Shown: one piece after another, positions 1 to 9,703 of the stretch | How positions within the stretch are numbered: position 1 is the first letter of the stretch | Layout: every line of letters starts with the position of its first letter | NCBI GenBank assembly: GCA_046160305.1 | Contig: JBJXGX010000305.1 | Location: 17,322 to 81,321, forward strand | Origin: Burkholderiales bacterium | Lineage (GTDB): Bacteria > Pseudomonadota > Gammaproteobacteria > Burkholderiales > SG8-39 | Length of the DNA: 64,000 nt | Direction: 5' to 3' | Notes under the pieces: generated by a model | Told to the model about the DNA's origin: nothing | What the model saw: the letters and a program-made list of their open reading frames with translations, nothing else | The model's database searches: none | Translations under genes and position numbers: made by a program

Positions 1-1463
1 ATAACGACGATGCGATCGGCAACACGCAGGAGCTCGTCCAGATCTTCGCTTACCATCAAGATGGCCGTCCCGCGATCGCGCGCCGCGATCAGCCGACCCT
101 GCACCTCGGCCACGGCGGTGAAGTCGAGCCCGAAGACGGGATTGCTCACCAACAGCAGATCGGCGGCGTCGGCGAGCTCGCGCGCGAGCACGGCGCGTTG
201 CACATTGCCGCCCGAGAGCGACTCGATCGTCGCCTGTTCGCTCCGCGTATGCACGCGAAACGCCTGGATCAACGCACGCGCACTGCTTCGCAGGACACCG
301 GGGCGAAGCCAGCCGGCGCGCGCGAACGGCGCTTCGTCGAAGCGGCGCAGACCGATGTTCTCAGCCACGCTCATGCCGGCAACGCACGCGTTGCGTAGCG
401 GTTCTTCCGGCAGACTGCGGACCCTGAATGTGCGGTTCTGTGCGCGCGTCGCTTGGTATTCCTGACCATTCACCTGCACGCTGCCGGCTTGTCGGTCGCG
501 TTGCCCGACCAGCGCCTCCATCAATTCGCGCTGCCCGTTGCCTGCAACACCGGCCACACCGACGATCTCGCCCGCGTGCACGTCGAGATCGAGTGCATCC
601 ACCGCGCGTTCGCCGCGATTGCCCGTGATCCTGAGACCGCGCACCGATAGGCGTACCGGCCCACGCGCGTTGGCGCTTCGCGCGAGCGGCCGCGTGGCGG
701 CAACCTCATCGCGTGCCGCCCGGGCATCGTCCTTCGCATCGCTGCCGCCGACCATCATCGAGGCGAGCTGCGCGGCATGTGTGCCGGCCACCGCGATGCT
801 ACCGACCAGCCGGCCACGACGGAGCACGCTCACGTCGTCGGCGAAGCTGATGACCTCGCGGAATTTGTGGGTGATCAGAATAACGCTGCAGTCTCCCGCA
901 TGGGCGTGCGCACGCAACGTACCGAGTACCTCGTCCGCCTCTTGCGGCGTCAGCACCGAAGTGGGTTCATCCAGGATGAGCAGGCGCGGACGCAGGAACA
1001 ACTGCTTGAGGATTTCCAGCTTCTGCTTCTCGCCAGCCGACAGTTGCTGCGGCGTCGCATCCAGATCCAGACGAAATGGCGCCTGGTCCATGAACGTGCG
1101 CAGTTCCGCACGGGCGCGCGACCAGCGAATCACGGCCGGCAATCCACCGCGGGCGAGCAGCAGATTTTCAGCGACAGTCATGCCCGGCACCACGGTGAAG
1201 TGCTGATACACCATGCCGATGCCGAGCGCCCGTGCCGTCATTGGCGAGGCAATGTCCTGCTCCCGCTTGTCGAGCAGCACCGCACCGGCATCCGCACCGT
1301 GGTAGCCGACGATGCACTTCACGAGCGTGCTCTTGCCTGCGCCGTTTTCGCCAAGCAACGCGTGCACGGTGCCAGGGCGCACCGACAGCGTCACCTGGTC
1401 GAGCGCCGTGAAGGGGCCGAAGTGTTTGGTCAGCCGATAGATCTCGAGCGACAGTGCGTTCAT
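1..1463 (-). CDS. ABC transporter ATP-binding protein, sugar/nucleoside (CUT2) type with two ATPase domains; 3' end runs off the window
   Basis: Manual translation from ATG at 1463: MNALSLEIYRLTKHFGPFTALDQV...HALLGENGAGKSTL (Walker A), LLILDEPTSVL (Walker B). Missing from the ORF track because it has no stop inside the window. Confidence 0.9.
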   Translation of the reverse strand, partial: MNALSLEIYRLTKHFGPFTALDQVTLSVRPGTVHALLGENGAGKSTLVKCIVGYHGADAGAVLLDKREQDIASPMTARALGIGMVYQHFTVVPGMTVAENLLLARGGLPAVIRWSRARAELRTFMDQAPFRLDLDATPQQLSAGEKQKLEILKQLFLRPRLLILDEPTSVLTPQEADEVLGTLRAHAHAGDCSVILITHKFREVISFADDVSVLRRGRLVGSIAVAGTHAAQLASMMVGGSDAKDDARAARDEVAATRPLARSANARGPVRLSVRGLRITGNRGERAVDALDLDVHAGEIVGVAGVAGNGQRELMEALVGQRDRQAGSVQVNGQEYQATRAQNRTFRVRSLPEEPLRNACVAGMSVAENIGLRRFDEAPFARAGWLRPGVLRSSARALIQAFRVHTRSEQATIESLSGGNVQRAVLARELADAADLLLVSNPVFGLDFTAVAEVQGRLIAARDRGTAILMVSEDLDELLRVADRIVV

Positions 1464-1468
1464 CGGCG

Positions 1469-2143
1469 CTACAAAGCCGCGAGGACCGCGGCAGAAGAGG
1501 CGACCGCGCCGAATACACCGCCCTGCATCTGCACCATCTTGACGGCTGCCTGGTGATTGCCAGGATCCGTGGCACCGGTGCAGTCCTCCAGCAACAGACA
1601 CTCGAAGCCGCGATCGTTACCCTCGCGCATCGTCGTGTGCACGCAAACGTCGGTGGTGATACCGGTGAGGACCAGGTTGCAGATGCCGCGCGTGCGCAGA
1701 ATGAGCTCCAGGTCGGTCGCGCAGAAACTGCCTTTGCCGGGCTTGTCGATGATGATCTCGCCCGCTCTTGGTGCGAGCTCGGGGATGATTTCCCAGCCGG
1801 GTTCGCCGCGCACCAGAATGCGCCCGCATGGCCCGGCGTCCCCGATACCGGCACCGATGCGTTGCGAACGCCAGCGCTTGTTGGCGGGTAGATCCGACAG
1901 ATCGGTGCGATGTCCCTCGCGCGTGTGAATGATGTGAAAGCCTCGCTCGCGCATCGCAGCGAGCACGCTCCGGATCGGCTCGATCGGTGCGCGGGTGAGC
2001 GAAAGGTCGTAGCCCATCGTATCGACATAGCCGCCGATGCCGCAGAAGTCGGTTTGCATATCGATCACGACCAGCGCCGTGTTGCCGGGCGTGAGATTGC
2101 CATCGAACGGCCACGGATACGGCGTGGACTCGACGTGCCGCAT
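1469..2143 (-). CDS. biuH: Biuret hydrolase (cysteine hydrolase, isochorismatase superfamily)
   Basis: [55 protein letters not shown] closely match recalled BiuH motifs with an Asp-Lys-Cys triad. ATG overlaps the upstream TGA (TGATG). Confidence 0.85.
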   Translation of the reverse strand: MRHVESTPYPWPFDGNLTPGNTALVVIDMQTDFCGIGGYVDTMGYDLSLTRAPIEPIRSVLAAMRERGFHIIHTREGHRTDLSDLPANKRWRSQRIGAGIGDAGPCGRILVRGEPGWEIIPELAPRAGEIIIDKPGKGSFCATDLELILRTRGICNLVLTGITTDVCVHTTMREGNDRGFECLLLEDCTGATDPGNHQAAVKMVQMQGGVFGAVASSAAVLAAL

Positions 2144-3186
2144 CACGCCACCTTCTTTCGTGTTGCACCGGGCGTATCGAGTGGGTTCGCCTCGGCACCG
2201 CGATAGGGGCGCGTGGGCGGCGCGAAGCCGCATGAGGTGCCGTCTTTTTCCCGCACACTCGCGTCCCAAGGCAGGCGATAACGACCATTCACCATGTCGT
2301 GCATGAAGGTGTAGGGACAGTCTTGCGCGCCGCCGGCGACCGCCACGAAGCCGCGGTGGTAGAGCTGATAGATGTTGTTCTCCACCCCCCACACCGCACG
2401 GGCCTCGCGCACGAGGTCGGGACGCAGCTCGCACGTGATGATCTCGTCGGCCCGGCCGCCGCCTGTGGCGAGCACGCTGCCATCGAAATTGCAGAACATG
2501 CCTTCGCCCATCGAGTCGTACGTGCCGTCGCTGCCGCACATGCACACGCTCGCCGTCTGCGCAAGATTCTGGAAGGCGTTGGCCTGGTTGGTGATCTGCC
2601 AGGCGTGGCGGATCGGCGCGGTGTAGCCCGCGGTACGCAGAATGATCTCGGCACCCTTGTATGCGGCCTCGCGTGCCATTTCAGGAAACATGCCGTCGTG
2701 GCAGATGATGAGCGCGATCTTGCATCCGCGCGGACCCTCGCACACCGGTACGCCCAGGTTGGCCGGTTCCCATGGTTCCACCGGCACCCACGGGTGAAGC
2801 TTCCGGTAGTACAGGCGGATCGTGCCGGTGTCATCGATGATGATGCCGCTGTTGTACGGGTTGCCCTCGGGGTTCGCTTCCATGATCGAGAAGCAGCCCC
2901 ATATCTGATGTTCGATACACGCGGCCTTGAACGATGCGACCTCAGGCCCGTCGAGCGAACACATCAGCGCCGGGGCAATGCTCATCGAGAGCCCATGGAG
3001 CGAGTACTCGGGGAAAACGACCAGATCCATCGAGGGCATGTTGCGCCGCGCCTTGCCGACCATCTCGCAGAGGCGTGCGGCCTGCGCGGCGAGCTGCGCT
3101 GCCGTATCCACCACCGGCAGTTGTAATTGCACCAGGCCCGCAACGACACCATGCGGGGACTTGTTCAAACCTCCGAGTCCGTTCAT
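2143..3186 (-). CDS. amiF: Formamidase (nitrilase superfamily, AmiF type)
   Basis: [10 protein letters not shown] start; Glu-Lys-Cys triad in FPEYS, YRKLHPW and IICHDG (CHDG is AmiF-like, AmiE has CDDG); ENNIYQ near the C-terminus. Confidence 0.8.
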   Translation of the reverse strand: MNGLGGLNKSPHGVVAGLVQLQLPVVDTAAQLAAQAARLCEMVGKARRNMPSMDLVVFPEYSLHGLSMSIAPALMCSLDGPEVASFKAACIEHQIWGCFSIMEANPEGNPYNSGIIIDDTGTIRLYYRKLHPWVPVEPWEPANLGVPVCEGPRGCKIALIICHDGMFPEMAREAAYKGAEIILRTAGYTAPIRHAWQITNQANAFQNLAQTASVCMCGSDGTYDSMGEGMFCNFDGSVLATGGGRADEIITCELRPDLVREARAVWGVENNIYQLYHRGFVAVAGGAQDCPYTFMHDMVNGRYRLPWDASVREKDGTSCGFAPPTRPYRGAEANPLDTPGATRKKVA

Positions 3187-3196
3187 CGCTTCCTCA

Positions 3197-4117
3197 TTAT
3201 CGGTTGACCGTAAGTTCCATCGGGGCACCCTGCAGCGCACGGCGCGGCGAGCATGTTGCGATCAGGATCGCGAGGGTGAGCACATAGGGCACCGCATTGA
3301 ACAAGTGGTAGCCGCCGCTGATCCCCACGGATTGAAGTGCGGGTCCAAGCGCACCGGCGCCGCCGAACAGCAGCGCGGCCCAGAGACAGCGGACCGGATG
3401 CCAGCGCGCGAAGATCACCAATGCGACCGCAATCAATCCCTGCCCGCTCGAGAGCTGTTCGTTCCAACTGCCCGGGTAGTAGAGCGACAAGGACGCTCCA
3501 CCGAGCCCGGCGATGAACCCGCCCGCGGTCGTGGCGGCGATGCGTACCCCACTTACCGAAGTGCCGAGCGCCCGCCCGGCGTCGGCCGAATCACCGACCA
3601 TGCGCACCAGCAGTCCCCAGCGCGTATTCGCCAGACCCCAGGTCAGGACGAGCGCGAGCACGACGCCGATCGGGAACAGTACGTTGATCTGTAAAGCCGC
3701 GCCGACCGCTCCGGAATCGCTCCAACCACCCAATGGAATCGACGGAATCTGCGGCGCTTGCGGTTGGATGAGCGGTTTGCCGAGGTAAAACGCCAAGCCC
3801 GCACCAAGCAGCATGATCGCGATGCCGGCGGCGATATCGTTCACCCGCGGCAGCGAGCACATGAGGCCGTGGAGCAATGCGATCAACGCGCCGCTTGCGC
3901 CCCCGGCCAGCACACCAAGCCACCATTGACCGGTAAGATAGGCGCCACCGAATCCGGCCATCGCCGAGAACACCAATACGCCTTCCAGGCCAAGATTGAT
4001 CCGGCCCGCTTTTTCGGTCAGGCATTCGCCAAGGCTCACGAACAGGAACGGTGTACCGACGCGGACTGCGCCGCCGATCACAGCGAGCAGCACATCGAAC
4101 ACAGCGAAATCGTTCAC
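3197..4117 (-). CDS. ABC transporter permease (BPD_transp_2)
   Basis: Hydrophobic; EKAGRINLGLEG and GQGLIAVALVIFARW motifs. GTG start overlaps the upstream stop. Confidence 0.88.
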   Translation of the reverse strand: MNDFAVFDVLLAVIGGAVRVGTPFLFVSLGECLTEKAGRINLGLEGVLVFSAMAGFGGAYLTGQWWLGVLAGGASGALIALLHGLMCSLPRVNDIAAGIAIMLLGAGLAFYLGKPLIQPQAPQIPSIPLGGWSDSGAVGAALQINVLFPIGVVLALVLTWGLANTRWGLLVRMVGDSADAGRALGTSVSGVRIAATTAGGFIAGLGGASLSLYYPGSWNEQLSSGQGLIAVALVIFARWHPVRCLWAALLFGGAGALGPALQSVGISGGYHLFNAVPYVLTLAILIATCSPRRALQGAPMELTVNR

Positions 4118-5202
4118 GAGAGCGCCACGGCCGGTGCCGGCACAGGGGCGGGCTTCGGTGCGGACCTCGGCTTGAAGAGTCTGCCGCGCAGCGCCTCGCT
4201 CGCGAGAATGAACACAAAACAGAATCCCATCAGCACCTGCACGGAGGCGTCCGGCAGGCCCATGCGCCGCTGCAGCAGGCTGCCCGCGGCAAGAAATCCT
4301 CCGAAGAGAAGCGCAACCGGCACGATCGCCAGCGGCTGATGCCGTGCGACGAAACTGACCAGTATCCCGGTGTAGCCAAGGCCCGCGATCATCGAAGCAT
4401 TCGCCGAGGTGTGAACCGCCGCCACCTCGATACCGCCTGCCAATCCCGCGGCGCCGCCGGCCAGCGCGCAAGCGGTGACGATGAGACGGCTGCCGGGCAG
4501 TCCGACCAGTCGAGCCGTGCGCAGATTGCCGCCGACGACGCGCGTGGCGAATCCATGGGTCGTACCCGCCAACCATAGTGCCGCGGCGATACAAAGAACG
4601 ATCCCGAACAGAAGCCCCCAGTGCACGTCCCAAGACCCCATCGTGCCGATGCGCAGTGTCTCCGGCAACGCAAGGGTCGAGGGCTTGTTCAAGCTTGCCG
4701 GATCGCGCAGCGGCCCTTCGACGAGGTGCTTGAAGAGCGCAATCGCGATGTAGCCGAGCAGGAGGCTCGAGATCGTTTCGTTGACGCCGCGCCATTGGCG
4801 CAGCACGCCGGCCAGGGCGATCCAGGCGGCGCCCGCCAGCACGGCGACCAGTAGCACGAGCGCAGTCCCGGCCGATCCTTCCGGCATTGGCAGCATGTAA
4901 GGCAGCGCCGCGCAGGCCAAGCCGCCAAGAACCAGCGCCCCTTCGCCGCCGATCACGATGAGCCCCGCTTGTGCCGGCAGCGCGACACACAGCGCGGTGA
5001 GCATCAGCGGCGCAGCCCGCTGAAGCGTGTTCTGCAGCGAGAACGAATCGCCGAAGGCTCCACGAAAAAGCAAGAACCAGGCTTCCACCGGATCGTGTCC
5101 GCCGACCCAGACGAACAACCCGAACAGCCCAAGTGCCGCGACGATCGCGATCACGGGCAGCGCGATCGCCTCGCCGGCTTCGCGCCAGGGCATCGAACGC
5201 AT
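4114..5202 (-). CDS. ABC transporter permease (BPD_transp_2)
   Basis: APLMLTAL, IGGEG, GVNETISSLLL, GYTGILV; multiple TM segments. Confidence 0.88.
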   Translation of the reverse strand: MRSMPWREAGEAIALPVIAIVAALGLFGLFVWVGGHDPVEAWFLLFRGAFGDSFSLQNTLQRAAPLMLTALCVALPAQAGLIVIGGEGALVLGGLACAALPYMLPMPEGSAGTALVLLVAVLAGAAWIALAGVLRQWRGVNETISSLLLGYIAIALFKHLVEGPLRDPASLNKPSTLALPETLRIGTMGSWDVHWGLLFGIVLCIAAALWLAGTTHGFATRVVGGNLRTARLVGLPGSRLIVTACALAGGAAGLAGGIEVAAVHTSANASMIAGLGYTGILVSFVARHQPLAIVPVALLFGGFLAAGSLLQRRMGLPDASVQVLMGFCFVFILASEALRGRLFKPRSAPKPAPVPAPAVALS

Positions 5203-5229
5203 CGCGAGCGCGCGGTCGGACGGTGTCGT

Positions 5230-6348
5230 CTACACCTTACCGATGACGCCTTCCACCAGGTAGCTCATCGCCTCGAGCTCGACGTCGGTCTGCTTGAACG
5301 TCTTGCCCTTGGCAATGACGACCTTGCCGGTGTTGTCCTTCAACTCGCCGCCGAAAATGTCGAAGCCACCCGCCATCATCTTGGCGCGCACCGCATCGGC
5401 GTTCTTGCGTGCGGCCTCGCTCACCGCCGTGCCGTACGGCGAGGACTTGACGAACCCATCCTTCAAGCCACCGCGCACGAAGTTCGGATGTGGCTTGCCG
5501 TTGCGCGCCGCCTCGACGATCTGCGTGTAGGCGGTCACCCAGTTCCACTCCGCGCCGGTGAGATAGGCCTGCGGGGCGAGCTTGGCCTGGCTCGCGTGAT
5601 AGCCGCAGACCATCTTGCCGCGCTTGGCGGCCGTCTCGACCACGACCTTGGGTCCATCCACATGCATCGTGAATACATCGGCGCCTTGATCGGCGAGGCT
5701 GTTGGTCGCCTCGGCTTCTTTCACCGGCATCGACCAATCGCCGGTGAAGATTGCCGTGGTCGTGATTTTCGGGTCCACCGAGCGCGCGCCCATCGTGAAG
5801 GCGTTGATATTTCGGAGCACTTGGGGAATGGGCTTGGCTGCCACGAAGCCGAGCTTTTTCGATTTGCTCATGTGGCCGGCGACGACCCCGTTCAGGTACT
5901 GCGCCTCGTCGATGTAGCCGAAGAAGCTGCCTACGTTCTTCGGATGCTTGCCGTCGGTCCAGAGGCCCCCACAATGCGCGAAGCGGATCTTATCGTTCTT
6001 GGGTGCCACCGCGAGCACGTGCGGATCGAAGTAACCGAAGGAAGTCGGGAACAGCAACGCCGCGCCGTCCTGCGCGATCATGCCCTGCATCGATTTCTGT
6101 GCTGCCTGCGTCTCGGGCACGTTTTCTTCTTCGATCACTTTGATGCCGGCGACTTTCTTCATCGCCGCCGCCGCTTCCGCGTGCGCCTGGTTGTAGCCGA
6201 AATCGTCACGCGGCCCGACATAGATGAAGCCCACCGTCATGGCGCTCTGCGCGTGCAACACACGGCTCCAGCTCGACGTGGCGATGATCGTGCCGAGCGC
6301 ACTCGCGCCTTGCAGCCAGTCTCTGCGATTCCAACGATGCATAGCCAT
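5230..6348 (-). CDS. BMP-family ABC substrate-binding protein with Tat signal
   Basis: NRRDWLQ twin-arginine motif; GFIYVGPRDDFGYNQAH; AGGAGG RBS upstream. Confidence 0.9.
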   Translation of the reverse strand: MAMHRWNRRDWLQGASALGTIIATSSWSRVLHAQSAMTVGFIYVGPRDDFGYNQAHAEAAAAMKKVAGIKVIEEENVPETQAAQKSMQGMIAQDGAALLFPTSFGYFDPHVLAVAPKNDKIRFAHCGGLWTDGKHPKNVGSFFGYIDEAQYLNGVVAGHMSKSKKLGFVAAKPIPQVLRNINAFTMGARSVDPKITTTAIFTGDWSMPVKEAEATNSLADQGADVFTMHVDGPKVVVETAAKRGKMVCGYHASQAKLAPQAYLTGAEWNWVTAYTQIVEAARNGKPHPNFVRGGLKDGFVKSSPYGTAVSEAARKNADAVRAKMMAGGFDIFGGELKDNTGKVVIAKGKTFKQTDVELEAMSYLVEGVIGKV

Positions 6349-6425
6349 CTCTCCTCCTTATCATTTGGGCGGGGTTGGAACGGGCCTGGCGTGTTGCCGC
6401 ATTGCCTCTTCCGCTGTGCTCATAC

Positions 6426-6440
6426 GCAAGAGACAGACCA
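6426..6440 (-). promoter_or_regulatory. Putative sigma54 (-24/-12) promoter of the ABC-formamidase-biuH operon
   Basis: Minus strand reads TGGTCTGTCTCTTGC (GG-N10-GC with TTGC), about 80 bp before the start codon. Confidence 0.65.
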
Positions 6441-6513
6441 GCCGTCCAAGCGCACGAAAGCGACCTAACGCGTTGTTTTGTAGAGGCGGGCGGCGAGTCG
6501 GTGCATCGGCTTG

Positions 6514-6559
6514 GCACCGGAAATGTGCGCAGGCAACGATCAGTGCACTTGAACGGTGC
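6514..6559. promoter_or_regulatory. Tandem NtrC-type enhancer sites
   Basis: Two GCAC-N7-GTGC dyads (6514-6528 and 6545-6559) with centres 31 bp apart, upstream of the sigma54 motif. Confidence 0.65.
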
Positions 6560-6606
6560 CATGGAAACGCACGCGGCCGCGCCAACCAGGCAATCGATCG
6601 GCGCAC

Positions 6607-6635
6607 TTGACAGCGCTCCGCGGTCGGATTATCGT
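6607..6635 (+). promoter_or_regulatory. Putative sigma70 promoter of the Rieske cluster
   Basis: TTGACA (6607-6612), 17-bp spacer, TATCGT (6630-6635). Confidence 0.6.
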
Positions 6636-6672
6636 TGTTTCGTATTTGGACCAGTGTTTCATATATGGAACA
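6636..6672. promoter_or_regulatory. Tandem operator-like dyads, probably bound by the cluster's IclR
   Basis: TGTTTCGTATTTGGACCA (6636-6653) and TGTTTCATATATGGAACA (6655-6672), 15/18 identical; the second is a near-perfect palindrome. Both lie directly after the -10 box. Confidence 0.55.
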
Positions 6673-6873
6673 GAATGTCTCGGCAGCGGTATCGTCCGCG
6701 GCGATTCGGCGGCGGTTCTGTCGAGCGTCCGCTGCACCAGGCATGCGTCCTCATTCCTCCCGGCGAATGGACGCGCCCCGGCCGAGAGAGTGGTGATGGG
6801 GTACCCGGTGCGAAGCGAAGGCAGGTAGGTCTTTGTACAGATCGGATCCCGGCGTGGATCGAAAGGAGTGAAG

Positions 6874-7260
6874 ATGGCTGAGCGAGGCATGACCCGGGCT
6901 CACATGCCCACGGCGAACACCGAGGGCGTCGTTCCCGACTTCAACCCTTATCTCGAGGCGTACGCGCATCCGCGCCGCAACACCCATGCCGGCAGCGGAC
7001 AGATCTTTGGGCGCAGCGAGCGCGATCTGATCGTGTGGCAGACGCGTCCGGCGGTACCAAACGACTACGAGCTCGGACTCGCCTCGACGCTCGAGCAGAT
7101 TTTCGCCCAGCGCATCTATGAGCTGCCCGACATCGTCGCGGCGCTCAATCGCGAAGGCGTCCGCACGCCAGGCGATGCGGCCTGGACAGAGCAGAACTTC
7201 CCGGAGGCATTCCGTGTGCTGGGCCGGCTCGCTTTCGGCGAGGGGCACGATCATGGCTGA
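6874..7260 (+). CDS. Small recombinase-like helix-turn-helix domain protein
   Basis: AAGGAG RBS; C-terminal ELPDIVAALNREGVRTPGDAAWTEQNF resembles the recombinase DNA-binding HTH; no catalytic domain; overlaps the Rieske start. Confidence 0.7.
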   Translation: MAERGMTRAHMPTANTEGVVPDFNPYLEAYAHPRRNTHAGSGQIFGRSERDLIVWQTRPAVPNDYELGLASTLEQIFAQRIYELPDIVAALNREGVRTPGDAAWTEQNFPEAFRVLGRLAFGEGHDHG

Positions 7261-8302
7261 CCCTCAAGCTGTTGAGCGACTCGTCAATCGCGGGCTTCGC
7301 AATCAGTGGTATCCGGTGCTCCCAAGCTGGGCGCTCGCGGGCGCTCCGGTGGGCATCACGCGCTTGTCGGAAAACCTTGTGCTGTGGCGCGACGACGATG
7401 GCACGGCGCACGCGATCGAGGATCGTTGCCCGCATCGTGGCGCACGCCTGTCGCTTGGCTGGAATCTTGGCGATCGCCTTGCCTGCTGGTATCACGGCAT
7501 CGAGGTGGATGGCACCGGCACGGTGCGCAAAGTCCCCGCGATAAGTCCCTGCCTCCTCGAGGGCAAGCAGGCCGTCAAGCGCTATCCGATCCAGGAAGCC
7601 CGAGGCGGTCTCTTTGTCTATTTCGGCGATTCCCTGCACGCCGAACCGTGCCCCCTCGAGCTTCCCGAAGAGCTCACGAGTGACGAGTACGGCGCGATCC
7701 TTTGCTTCGCGAAGTGGCGGTGCAACTACCGCTACGCGATCGATAACGTCATGGATCCGATGCATGGGGCCTACCTGCATGCGTTGTCGCATTCGATGGC
7801 CGAGGGCGACAAGAGCGCGAGCATGCAAGTGAAGAAGACGGCGACCGGCTTTTCGTATGAAAAAACGACACAACGTGATCTGAACTTCGATTGGGTCGAA
7901 TTCGGCGAATCGGGTGCGACATGGCTGCGATTGGCCATCCCTTATCGCCCGAGCGCGGGGCCCGGCGGCAACTTCGGCATCGTCGGCTTCGTCACGCCGG
8001 TCGACGAGGACAACTGCTGCGTGTTCTTCTGGCGGAACCGGAAATGCACGGGTTGGGTACGCGACGTCTGGCAATTCATGTACCGCACCAAGCTGGAAGG
8101 CCTGCACTGGACCGTGCTCGAGCAGGATCGCTTCGTCCTCGAGCACATGGCACCTGATGCCCGTTCGCGCGAGTGCCTCTATCAGCACGACACCGGTTTG
8201 GCGCGCGTGCGTCGCATTCTTCAGAAAGCGGCTGAAGCGCAGCTCGAAGCACTGCCGGCGGAGCAGCCCGCCGAAACTTCCACGGCCCGACCGGCCGCCT
8301 GA
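7253..8302 (+). CDS. Rieske non-heme iron oxygenase alpha subunit (VanA/TsaM-like)
   Basis: CPHRG...CWYHG Rieske motif; DNVMDPMHGAYLH mononuclear iron motif; EQD. Confidence 0.92.
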   Translation: MADPQAVERLVNRGLRNQWYPVLPSWALAGAPVGITRLSENLVLWRDDDGTAHAIEDRCPHRGARLSLGWNLGDRLACWYHGIEVDGTGTVRKVPAISPCLLEGKQAVKRYPIQEARGGLFVYFGDSLHAEPCPLELPEELTSDEYGAILCFAKWRCNYRYAIDNVMDPMHGAYLHALSHSMAEGDKSASMQVKKTATGFSYEKTTQRDLNFDWVEFGESGATWLRLAIPYRPSAGPGGNFGIVGFVTPVDEDNCCVFFWRNRKCTGWVRDVWQFMYRTKLEGLHWTVLEQDRFVLEHMAPDARSRECLYQHDTGLARVRRILQKAAEAQLEALPAEQPAETSTARPAA

Positions 8303-8335
8303 CGACTTCGAGCACCCAAACGGAGAGGACCCGTC

Positions 8336-8881
8336 ATGACACATCCCGAAGCTGCGACCGGCGCGAAGACTCGACTCGGTGCGTTGCTGGAATCGCGCGT
8401 AGCGCGCTTTTCGACGCGCAAATACGATTGGGACGCGCTCAAGTTCCAAGCCGACTTCGACCCGAAGTATCGGCGCGCGCAGATGCGCTATGTCGGTACC
8501 GGGGGCACCGGCGTCAAAGCGGACGCGAGTGTCGTACCGGCCGAGCACTTCACCTTCTCCACCATGATTCTGCCCGCCGGCGCCGAGGGTGCGCTCCATG
8601 TCCACAACGATGTGGAGGAAGTGTTCTTCGTTTTGCGCGGCAAGGTGAAGCTGATTGCCGAGCTGGATGGCGAGCGCTGGGAGACTATTGTCGGCGAGCG
8701 CGACTTGATCTCCTGGCCGCCGGGGGTCTATCGCGGCGAGATCAATGTCGGTGAGGAGGATGCGCTGATGTGCGTGATGCTCGGTTCAGCCAAGCCGGTG
8801 ACACCGACGTATCCGCCGGATCATCCGCTCAGCGCGATCAAGCGCGTAGGAATCTGCGCGGCGGACCGCGCAGATTCCTGA
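8336..8881 (+). CDS. Cupin domain protein
   Basis: GALHVHNDVEEVFFVLRG and DLISWPPGVYRG cupin motifs. Confidence 0.85.
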   Translation: MTHPEAATGAKTRLGALLESRVARFSTRKYDWDALKFQADFDPKYRRAQMRYVGTGGTGVKADASVVPAEHFTFSTMILPAGAEGALHVHNDVEEVFFVLRGKVKLIAELDGERWETIVGERDLISWPPGVYRGEINVGEEDALMCVMLGSAKPVTPTYPPDHPLSAIKRVGICAADRADS

Positions 8882-8936
8882 TGGAAGACGCTACGTGCCT
8901 TTATTTCCGCGAATGGGCTAAACAACAACCGCGACC

Positions 8937-9677
8937 ATGACGCAATCGCTCCAAGGCAAACGCATCCTGATCACCGGCGGTGCACGCGGGATGGGTCGCG
9001 CATTCGCCGAAGCGGCGATCAGCGCCGGCGCACGTGTAGTGATCGCCGATGTGCTCGAAGAGGTCGGGCGTGAGACTGCGCAAGCGATTGGCGCCACGTT
9101 CGTACCCGTCGATCTCGCTGTTCCCGCTTCGATCGAAGCCTGCGCGGCGCAAGCGGCCGCGACGCTTGGCGGCCTCGACGGCCTGGTCAACAACGGTGCG
9201 ATCACCAGTTCAGGCGGCGTGTCGCTCGAGTCGCTCGATATTGACGTCTGGGACCGCGTCATGACCGTCAATGTTCGCGGCACCTGGCTCATGACGCGGG
9301 CCGTGCTTCCCCATCTGCGCGCCGCCGGTCATGGACGCGTGGTGAACATCGCCTCCGACACCGCGTTGTGGGGTGCGGAGCGGCTGATGGCCTATGTCGC
9401 GAGCAAGGGTGCGCTCATCGCGATGACACGCTCGATGGCGCGCGAGCTTGGCGAAGACGCGATCACCGTCAACGCCATCGCGCCGGGGCTCACCTTGGTC
9501 GAGGCCACGGAATATGTTCCCGCGGAGCGGCATCGGCGCTATGTCGAGGGGCGTGCGATCAAGCGCGCGCAGGCACCCGACGATGTGTGCGGTGCGGTGA
9601 TGTTCCTGCTCTCCGATGGTGCATCGTTCGTGACCGGGCAACTGCTCGCCGTCAACGGCGGCTTCACGATGCATTGA
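8937..9677 (+). CDS. SDR family oxidoreductase
   Basis: TGGARGMG, NNGA, YVASK. Confidence 0.92.
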   Translation: MTQSLQGKRILITGGARGMGRAFAEAAISAGARVVIADVLEEVGRETAQAIGATFVPVDLAVPASIEACAAQAAATLGGLDGLVNNGAITSSGGVSLESLDIDVWDRVMTVNVRGTWLMTRAVLPHLRAAGHGRVVNIASDTALWGAERLMAYVASKGALIAMTRSMARELGEDAITVNAIAPGLTLVEATEYVPAERHRRYVEGRAIKRAQAPDDVCGAVMFLLSDGASFVTGQLLAVNGGFTMH

Positions 9678-9703
9678 TCGAACGACATCCTGCAGCGCGG
9701 CTC

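Noticed and set aside
6874-7260. Site-specific recombinase or mobile element
   Set aside because: Only an HTH-like segment is present, with no catalytic serine or tyrosine domain and no flanking repeats.
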